64,000 nt of DNA from Octopus sinensis (lineage: Eukaryota), in assembly GCF_006345805.1 (NCBI RefSeq), contig NC_043020.1, positions 30,380,001 through 30,444,000 on the forward strand, given 5' to 3'. The translations under genes and the position numbers were made by a program. Positions within the stretch are counted from its first letter, which is position 1. Every line of letters begins with the position of its first letter. Shown here in pieces: positions 27,594 to 38,560 of this stretch. The notes beneath the pieces are model-generated. The model was not told the origin of the DNA, made no database searches, and was given only the letters and a program-made list of their open reading frames with translations.

Positions 27594-28208
27594 CATATAA
27601 ACCTATGTAATTTGCACACCTGTGTAATTTACGCAGGTGATTTTCAGGATAAAAATTGTTAAAAAAAGCTTTTACTCATGTAAAATTTGTACCCAAAAGT
27701 TTTCAGAATTGCTGATAAAGCCAGGGGAAAAATGTTTTCAATTTCGTTGTATTTAGCATAATTTCACTTACTTATGATTAGATTTTATTAAATTTTCATT
27801 AAATAAAAATAATTTCTGTTTAACAGGTTTCACATTAAAAGTTACTGAATTAGAAAGTGTTTTGTGTTGCCTTCCATATTAAATAAAGTCTGCTTCGCTC
27901 CTTTGGTATAGCCTCCCCCTCCCTCAATGATGTCAGTCCGCTTTACTCACTCGCCATACCCTCCCCTTCCCTCAACGTCAGCGTTCCAATAAGAATGAGT
28001 AAACAAGAAATCTGACGCTGCTCGGTGTCTGTGTGTGTATGAGACTGTGTGTGTGTGTACATGTAAGTGTATGAGACTGTGTGTTTAAGTGTGTGTGTGT
28101 GTGTAAGTGTATGAGACTGTGTGTGTGTGTGTGTCTCCACATAACCGTGAGATTAACAGGAAATAACCGAAGTATTATTATACAAATTGTAAGCAGACAA
28201 TGGCTGTA

Positions 28209-28273
<65 letters not shown>

Positions 28274-31200
28274 GTATATATATATATGTCTATCATGTGT
28301 GTGTGTGTATATATTTCTATATACACATGTATACATGTATATGTATATATGTCTATCATGTGTGTGTGTGTGTGCTTCCCTTTCTCTCTCACAATCAGTC
28401 ACAGAGACATGCATACACAGGAAAAGTTGTTCAGGATTATCAACAAAAAACGAAGCTGATAAATACACACAGGTGTTGCTAATTAAATTTAATTACCAAT
28501 AAACAACACCTTCGATGACACTTTACTCAATCGAGTAAAGGCAGGACTGCAATCAGAAAACCACTACTTTTAAAAACAAATGTCACAAAGCATTTAGAGT
28601 AAAAACCTACAGAATTGGTCCCTCGAGCAGTGGAAGAATGTTATTTTCTTGGACGAATCATCCTTTACCTTATTTCCAACCACCTGCCTTCTTCCAACTG
28701 TTAAACATGGAGAAGGATCTGTGATGATCTGGTGTGTGTGGGGGGGGGCTATATCTTGGAAATCCGCTGGCCCAATGGTTTCCCTTCAAGGCAGAATTAA
28801 TAGTCAAGACTATTTAAGCATTTTATCTGATCAAATGCATCTTATGGTTGCTGAACTGTTTCCGGAGGGGAATGCAATCTTTCAGGATGATAGTGCACCA
28901 ATTCACACAGCTAAAATTGTTACTGAATGGCACAAGGAACATTCTAGTGAAGTTGAACATCTACTCTGGCCAGCACAGTCCCCAGATCTCAATATTATTT
29001 GAACATTTATGGTGCATTTTAGAAAAACAAGTAAGGAGATGATATCCTCCACCATCTTCGCTACAAGAACTGGAGACTGTTTTAGCTGAAGAATGGACAA
29101 GAATTCCTTTGGAAACAATTCAAACTTTGTACGACTTCATACTTTGTAGAATTCAAGCTGTAATTACTGCCAAAGGCGGTTCTACCCTATATTAAAATAA
29201 ATTTGTTTGAAATTTTAAGGTATATGAAAATATAAGCATACATAAATGGGCCAAAACCCAACCGTTTGGCTCAGAATTTCAATCTACAAATGAAATATAT
29301 ACATACTTGTAACTGAGGAGACAAATCTGGAACTGGTAAACACTTTGGTTTGTTATCACATATCTCTGTCATACTGACTTCGTTCATATATGCCTCGTCA
29401 GCATCAAGTGTTGGGACCTTGAATGCTGTTTCTGTGGAACGGAAAGAAAAGGCAGATGAGAGATAGGAAAATTGTGATGGAGAAGCAATGAGTGTGTGTG
29501 TGTGTGTGTGTGCAATAGATATAACCCCACCACCAGGTCAACCAAAGCCTCATGAATTAATATGATAGATAGAAACTGAAAGGAGCTCATTGTGTGTGTG
29601 TGTGTTTTTACATTTGCAGTTTATGAAAATCCCCAGCTTCAAGAAGTGTTCTTCCATTTCTGACACCAAATTGTCTGCTCACTCTTCACACTTTCAGAAA
29701 TGTGGAAATAAGAGACCCTTCCCCCCTCTGCTTACATACATACATATACAGATATATATATAAATATGTACTTACCAAAACTGGAAGGTACTGACAGATC
29801 TATACACACATCACCTGCGCTTGGTGCCCGAAATGTCAAATCGTCAAATGCATTCATACCTGGAATATATACAGTGAGTTAGACGAAAAGTGTTGGTGGC
29901 TGTAGATATCATCATCATCATCATCATATTTATTTCGCTTAGGCATAGTGAGACTAACAGCCTGGTGTTAGAACGTTACAACTCAATATACATAGGCTCC
30001 AGAATAAAGCATTAGTCAGGTGCAGAGAGGGTAAAATGAAATAAAACGACTGGCAAAAGAATAAGGAATTATGTAATGAATGGCATTGGCTTACAGCTGT
30101 TTCTGCTGTGAGATGCAGTGAACTCAGAGCAGAGTGCACTGCATAATTTCTTGTTCCCTTGTCATTTATTTAATCAGGTGTATGAGTATGGGTGTGTAAA
30201 TCCAATGAAGAAAATAAAGAACAACACAGGAGAAGCAAGGTTTAAAGGAAAGAGAAAATTGCTTAACGTTTTGGATGTTGACCCTTCATCAGAAGTTAGA
30301 GAGGAGCAGGGGGGGGTGAGAAAGAGAAATATCAAATTGAGAAAGAAAAGAAGATAAGGAAGCCACAGGGGAAAAATGACTGACACACACACATATACAC
30401 ACTGTCTGATCAATAAGTATCCAGACTGTTGCCATAGTAACGAAGTTAAAGCTCGCAGAGTGGAGCCACTTGGCATAGATTGACCTTCAACTCTGCAGTG
30501 CATGCGCACTAAGCTTTAACTTTCAGACTCACTTCCGCTGTTTACAGCAGTGCTTGGAAGGAAGGTGTGTAGTGTGTGATCGTTACATTGACCATCACAG
30601 AGAAAACTGAGCAGAGAATCTCTTGTGCAACTGGAACTTGGGAGTCTTTTCGGTCAGCTGAAAGCAGTTTTGGCACAAACTTGGCGGACACATGTCTCAT
30701 AACCAAATCTTCAGTGATAATGGACTGCACTGAACCGTAACTAATCTGCACATCCTCTCATAACTCATGGATGGTGATTCCATGATTTCCCCTCACATCT
30801 GCAATGTTTTTCTCAGTGATTGTAGAGCAACGTGAAATGATTTTGCTCAAGAATACAAGACACCACATGGCCTGGGAATTGAAACCACCACTCCCCTCAT
30901 CGTGAGACTAACATCCTAACCACCAGGCCAGGCACCCTTATACTATAATAATAACAATAAATGATACTCACAGTCAGCTGTCGATGAAGTGTCCCCTTGT
31001 TCCTCAAGGAGCAGCGTTGTGGTTGGAGAAACCAAGTCATCAATCAACATATTGGTAACATTGGTGCTGCCGGGTCCACCACTGCCATCAGAACCCGTGA
31101 CTGCAGGGTCATGAGGAGAAGTGGTGTTGTTACCATTGTTGTTCGCTTCACTGAGGAGCGATGTTGGTATTGTTGCTATGTTTGTGCTATTTTTGTTGAT

Positions 31201-34200
31201 GTAGAGGTTTTCATCCATGTCCTTTGTCCGGGGTGCAAAGATCTTCTCCGTGTTCAGCAGAGGACCAGGACTGCTGTAGTGGTTACACTGGCTCTGCCCT
31301 GGCTGGCAGCTCTGGCCGAGGTTATTGAGTCTTCTGTTGTCACAGGTCTCATTGCTAGCAATACCAACCGATTGCGGAGAACGATGCTGCGACTCCTCAG
31401 TCGATGCCACGACGACAGTGTCACAAACATCACCATCATCATCGCGAATAAGAGCAGGTGGGGCAGCAGTGAAGTCAGGAGATGCTAATGCGTACCCGAG
31501 TGAATGAGGGCTGAACACTTGGCTCTCTTGAGATGCTGTCTTCATAAACTCAACTGTCTTTGTTGTCATTCGCTTTTTCTTCTTGGAGATTCCTGGCAAC
31601 AGTGCTGACCCGCTCATCCTTGTCGGATCATTGTCCTTCAGATCATCTTTCATCATCTTCTTTATCTTCCTCTCTCTATTAGACTCTGCCTTTTGCTTGG
31701 AGGCTGACATTTCCAATATCGTCATTTCACTGTCTTCCTCATAGTTGCCATTTACTTGATTTCTATAATCTCTGATGCCAATGTCAAACCTCTTATCTCT
31801 ATCATCCACCTTCATTTCAATTGTATTCTCGTCCTCTTCATTCTCTTCTACTCTGCCATCAATCATCTTTACAGGAACTGTTCTCTCTCCGTTTTCGGAA
31901 ACCTCTATACTGCTGTAATTTGTTCCAGTATCAAAATCATTGGCCATTATGACCTCTGCCATCACAACTTCATTGCTATACCCCCTCTCCATCCTCCGGC
32001 TCTCGTCCATTTCTCTTTCACCTGGCTCTTTCACTTGACTATCATCAATAATGCAATCATCATCTGTCTCATCGACATCCATTTCGGCTCCGATGCCATT
32101 GTCAAAGACATTCACCACAACACCGTCTTCATGTTTCGCTCCTCTTTTCCTCCACTTCAACTTGCTGCTGTCTTCTTCATCCTTGTATTCATCAGAGACA
32201 GCACCATCTTTACAGCTTATGATGCCATTTTCTTCCTTCACCAATGCCTTCTCACCTCTGTAACCACTGCTCTCCATATTACTGTTGTTGTGACTCCCTC
32301 TCTCCTCCTCTTCATTGTTTGTTGCCTTTCTCTTGAACTTTTTTGTGTTTCTTTGCTCCGCTTGTTGCTCTCTGTCTTCCTTCTTACCACCAAAACCATG
32401 TCCAATGCTGTGTTTGTCCTTGTGGCTATAAAACCTGCTGTCACATGACTTTGGACATGCCTCACGCTGACTGACCAGGTCACCAAGCTTGGAGAGGACA
32501 AACTTGTGAGAAGAGGACGAGCTTGATGAAAGGGTTGGAGTCAATTTAGATATTTTGCAGGTTAACGATGACAAGGGTCTACCGTCCTTGCCCCTCTTGG
32601 TATCGTCATGACCACCACCATTGAGGTTATCCACATTTTCTTTCTTACACTTCACCAACAACTGGCTTTCAGCTTCTGAAGTTGCGACCTTTGGAGCAAC
32701 AAGAAGAGAGTACGACTGAGTACGATCCATGGATATTTTCTTTGTTGCAGAAGTCGATGATAATGATGTGACACTGTGGTCCTTTGTATGTTTGCTGTTG
32801 TTTGTGTGGAGGAAATCTTCCATTTGTGGATGTGAAGAAGACTGTTTTGCTGATGGGGTTTGTGGCTGGGGTTGAGGAGACAATGGCTGCTGTACTAGGG
32901 AGAGGATCTCATGCTGGTTTTCAATCTCACTGAAAAAGAGAAACCGAAAGAAAAAGAAATTCAACAATTACAGTTTGATGAAGAAAACAGCAAAATGTGA
33001 AAATATTTTCAAAATTCCATAAAAAAATATAAAAAAGACTAAGAAAGATGAGAAGAAAGACAAAAAAAAACAGAATGGGGAATGAAGAAAACAGAGAGAA
33101 AAAAGTGAAAGAGAGATGAAGAGATTTGAAGAAAGTCAGTGAAAAAGAAAGAAAAGAGAAGCAGAGGAAAAGGAAACAAGAAAGTGACAGACAGACAGAC
33201 ACAAGTGGAGACATAAGGAGAGAAGAAGGAAAAGGGGACAAGAGAAGGTAACTGAAACGGAGAAATACCATACCTAAGGACACTGTGGACGCAGACAACA
33301 TAGAGTGGTTTCTGTGTCCGGTTGTCATAAATGACAGTTGCTTGAGTGGTCAGCCAGACATGACCACCCTGCTTGGCCAGAAATCTGTATTGTCCAGTGG
33401 TGATCTGTCCTTTTGTCATTACTGAAATGGAAACAAAATACTGAATGTATAGATACACATATACCCCCACCCTGTAATGTGTACCCCCAGCATTACATCT
33501 TCACATCTACCTCTCACTTCTCTCTCTCCAACCATTTTAACTCCTCTACTGCAAGACACCTCTTCACGCAATACACATAAGATACATGGCTACATTGTTG
33601 TTATCATCAATGTTAAAGATATGCTGTGTGATTGGTCATTCTGGAATTTGCTGGAAAATTATATGGAGACAAAATGGATGAGTTCCTTTGGAGCGTTGGG
33701 CCTCACAGAGGCAAAGTGGGTGAGTTCCTTTTGAGCGTTGGGCCTCACAGAGGCAAAGTGGGTGAGTTCCTTTAGAGCGTTGGGTCTCACAGAGGCAAAG
33801 TGGGTGAGTTCCTCTCGAGCGTTGGGCCTCACAGAGGCAAAGTGGGTGAGTTCCTTTTGAGCGTTGGGCAATGACCAAGACCTTTGGCATTATGTCGTGC
33901 TTGAGAAGAACCATTAAACCAAGAAAAATTGCAGTTGTATTAGATACTGGTCTCATGCAAATTGGCACCCATGCCACATAAACACACTCCGGTGTCACGC
34001 AAAACCACCCATTACACTCTCAGAGTGGTTGGCGTTAGGAAGGGCATCCAGCTATAGAAAACCATGCCAAATCGGACTGGAGTCTGGTGCAGCCTTCCAG
34101 CGTGCCAGCCCAGTCAAACCATCCAACCCATGCCAGAATGGACAAAGAACATTAAATGATGATGATGATGATGATTATATATATATATATATATATATAA

Positions 34201-37200
34201 AACAACAATAAAATCAAACTAGTGCATTTAATACATGTGTTTCAGATCATTATGCAAGAGAAAAAAAACAGAATTCATCTCTTACGTAACATCTTCAGTC
34301 AAAACATTTCAAAATATATTTCATTATATTCTATACAACTCCAAGCTAACCAGTCCTTACACCATCGACACAGATCAAGGATTTCTTGCAGTTTATTGAA
34401 CTGGATCTGAGTTGAAAAATTCTGGTAAAGTGCATCACTTCTAAGCATAATACAATATATACACCCTCATATACACACACATTATACTCACTGAAATCAT
34501 CTAAACTGGTACTTACACTCCTTAAACGCTTGGCCAACCATCTCAGCATCCAATCCATGATAATATTCATATATGGAATGTCCAATGATGTCTTCAGAAG
34601 AATAGCCAACCAATTCTTTGATTCTGTGAGCACAAAGAGAGAGAAAGAGAAGATATAGTGTACATACACACACACATATACGTATATATATATTGTTAAT
34701 GTTTGTTTTTATATTTAGTTATAATAAAAAGCAATTTTACTTTAATATGATGGGTTATTCTAGACTTTCGTAGAGGACAAATTTATTATTCTTAAAAATG
34801 AGAATGTTGTTGTTAGTAACTGCGAAGTTTTGGCCAGTTAAGCCATCATCAGACTTCAAAGTCACTGTCAATAATATTCCCGTTTAATAATAAATAAATA
34901 AATACACACACACACATATATAAATGCACACACACACACACACGTATGCATATAGTAATTAGTTATACTGATTTTCTGCCACAAATTCCTTTTGGAAAAG
35001 TGGATCTCGAAGCACATAAAGCTATTATTAATAGCATGTAAATACTGGGCTTAAAAAACCCTTTGAATGGAAGAAATCAAAGGCTAGTAAACAGAGGCAG
35101 GCTTCGACTTTTTGTAGCAACAGGGTTTTTAGCCCAAATATTTCCATGTTATTATTTATAGCCTTATGTGTTTCAAGATCTACTGTTCCAAAGAAGAATA
35201 ATTTCACATTCTTTCAGAAGTTTAAAAATTCTTATGATCTCAACATAGGTACAGGTATGTAAGAAGTTTGCTTCCCAACCACATGGTTCTGGGTTCAGTC
35301 CCATTGCATGGCACCAGTCTTCTACTATAACCTAGGGTCAACCAAAGCCTTGTGAGTGGATTTGGTAAACGGAAACTGAAAGAAGCCCATCATATATATT
35401 ATTTGTGTGTGTGTGTGTGTTTGTCCCTCACCACTGCTTGACAACCAGTGTTGGTATGTTTACATCCCTGTAATTAAGCGGTTTGGCAAAAGAGACCAAT
35501 AGAATAAGTACAAGGCTTTTAAAAAAAAATGAGTAACAAGGTTGATTTGTTTAATTAAACATCTATGAGGCAGTGCTCCAACATGGCCGTAGTCTAACAA
35601 ATGAAACAAGTAAAAATGAAAAGCTATATAAATATATAAAAATATATACTCACTTTTCATCCCATATAGTGAACCTCATATCCATGCTGTGTTGGCTGAG
35701 GAAAGTCTGGGAACCAAGTGGTACCTCAATATTAGAAGGATGAGGAATCGGTTCACCGAAAGCCACAAAGTAAGCAGCACCTGGCCTTGGCTTTCCGCTC
35801 TCGGCACTGCTGTTATCAGAGCTGTTGCCACTGACGTGCCTGCTACGGTTTGCAGGTGTGGCACACGGGGACAATGTTTTAGCAGTGTCATCACTGGAGT
35901 CACCCGATTTAGCCTCGTCATCATTATCCTGTTTCTGCTTCAGGTTGTCACGGAAACGACACACATGATGACTTCCAGTATCCCCACCCTCGCCATCTGC
36001 ATGTTCAGCCATCTTATTACTATCATCATCATTTTTATTATTATTATTATTCTCATTAGTTGGAGGATGTTGATGAAGCGGAAGCTTAAGGAGATGCGAA
36101 AGACTGTCGCCTGCAGCCTGGGCTTCACCTGTAAAGCTTCCATTCTCTGCTTCTTCTTTGATTGTTACAGGTGACGTTGCTAATGACGATGACTGTTGAT
36201 GATGTAATGAAGATGAGGTGTGGTGAAGGTGTTGGTGGGGGCTGTGTTTGTTTGGATGATGTACATGATGAAGGGAACTTCCTCTTCCTCCTCTGCTGCT
36301 GTCACCTTTGTCAGCAACGAGTTTCTCCGCCTTTATCTCCTGTCCACTGTACTCCTCGTCATCATTTGCTTCGGACTTAAATTCCTTCTTCTCGATGACA
36401 ACAACATCATCATCATCATCATCCTCACCATCACTATCATTGTCAGCATCAGTGCTGGCTGCTACATGCTTCGCTAGTTTCTTCTGGAGAGAGGCTTTGT
36501 CTAAAGGTGAAGAGGATGAACATGGTAAACACAAAGTGGATGATGATGTAGAGGAGGAGGATGATGATGCAGGAGACGTAGCTGATGAGGATTGGAAGAT
36601 GTTGGTATCTCCAGTAGGGCACAAAAGTTGACCACTGAACTTGATGACCTGCAAAAACAAGCAACAAAAATGAGAGAACAATAACATGTAGGTACAAAAG
36701 CATCCATACAGAAGTATGGATGCTTATGTCCAGACTCTCACAGATATTGCAGAGATAATTTGCAACAATTAAAGATAATTCAATTTACAAAAGGGTTAGA
36801 ATTAATTCTTATACTCAGGACAGAGAGAGGTTACTAAAGTTGCATGAAATTGCATGCCAAACGTAGTTAGAAACAAAGCATGATTTTTAGCGCATCTTCT
36901 GGTGCAATTGCATGAAATTTATTTGGCTTTTCAGTATCACAAGTACTGTATAAATATCACAGACAGACAGACAGACATTTGTTGAATGAATAACTTTTAA
37001 CAATTAATGATGATTCTCTTCACAGAAGGGTTAAATGTGATCTTTATGCCGCTCTTGGGACACAGAGTTTCATGTGGTTGCATTGTCGGATGTGCTCAGG
37101 AAGAGAATGAATTTTGGCTGCATCAACATTCATCAGAGACAAGACTAATCAACACACAACGGCCTAAGCAGCCTTTAATCAAGACCACTTAAGTATGGCC

Positions 37201-38479
37201 CTTGACTGTCCTGTGTCCTGTACAAATAAGATTTTCCTGTTAACTGCAATAAATTGCTTTTAATTCTACAATACACAAAATATTTTAACAATATTTTAAT
37301 ATAATTCCTAATAATATTTAATGACAAAAATATAATAGGATCTTTTAAACATCAAATGGTTGTGAGAGACCACCGAAGTAAAATAGAAATCTGAGAGGTC
37401 CAGAGGGAAGAAATGGTTGAGAACCACTGGTTTAGAATAAAGTCACCCTGCCCCCTCATACACACACCCAGAGTTCATAATAGTCTTGCAAAAGCTGAAT
37501 GGCAACCTCCTCACGAGGGCTGGTGGTGTGCAAAAAGAAAAAAAAGCACCCACCAGGCAGACACTGGAGTGCTTGACAAATAATCTGGACAAATCCCTTA
37601 CCATGAAACTCTAAACCTTTGAGTATCTCCTGTAGTATTACTCTTCATTAATCAGGTGATGACACCAACACCACCACTGCTGCTACCACCACCAACGCCA
37701 CCACCACCACCACCACCACCACCACCACCACCACCACTTTAACAGTTTTTAGTGATGTACATTCTGTTGCAAACATCTGGGATAGGTTCCTCATCTGAGA
37801 ATAACTCCCTCCAACAGCCCTAGAAAGGCCCTTACAGCTTTGACTAAGCCATAAAAAAAACCCTTCCAATATGCAGTGCTGCAGAGTGGGGGAGGGATTG
37901 GTGTAAGGAAGAGGAGTAGTGACACACACACACACACACACAATGACAGCAGCAAAAACTACAAAGGGACCCTACCTTATACAAAGGGACCCTACCTTAT
38001 ACAAAGGGACCCTACCTTATATGATGCAGATTTCAGGTTGATGTTGCGCCCCTTTGCTGTCAATGTAGACTTCACACGAAGTGAGAACACTTGCCGCGGG
38101 GAAGGCCAAGTGTCAACTCCAGCTGTACGATGGGCCCGGGATGGACCCAGCTCACTTCGTAGTTGTTCGTGGTCACATGGGTGAATGTACTCGTAGATAT
38201 TTTGTCCAAGAAGGTCAATCTGTGAAGCATAAAGGTCAGATTTAGAAAGTCATTGAGATATATCGAGAGAGAACTAGATACTGTATACACACCCACACAC
38301 ATAAGCGTAGTTGTCACGAACTCTCATAAAACGTGGAATCGTATTACATTGAAAGCAAACTTCTGAACCACACAGCTATGTATACATTCAAATATATAGG
38401 TATACGTACTATATATATATCTATCTATATATATATATATATATAGGTATATATATATATATATTATATATATATATAT

Positions 38480-38560
<81 letters not shown>

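Noticed and set aside
27951-28010. Possible CODD exon ending at a GTGAGT donor
   Set aside because: The phase (0 to 1) is incompatible with the flanking exons and it encodes no AP motif.
30997-32501. Antisense and alternate-frame ORFs overlapping long HIF-alpha exons (also 22047-23324 and 35676-36707)
   Set aside because: Shadow ORFs of the real coding frame; no independent homology.
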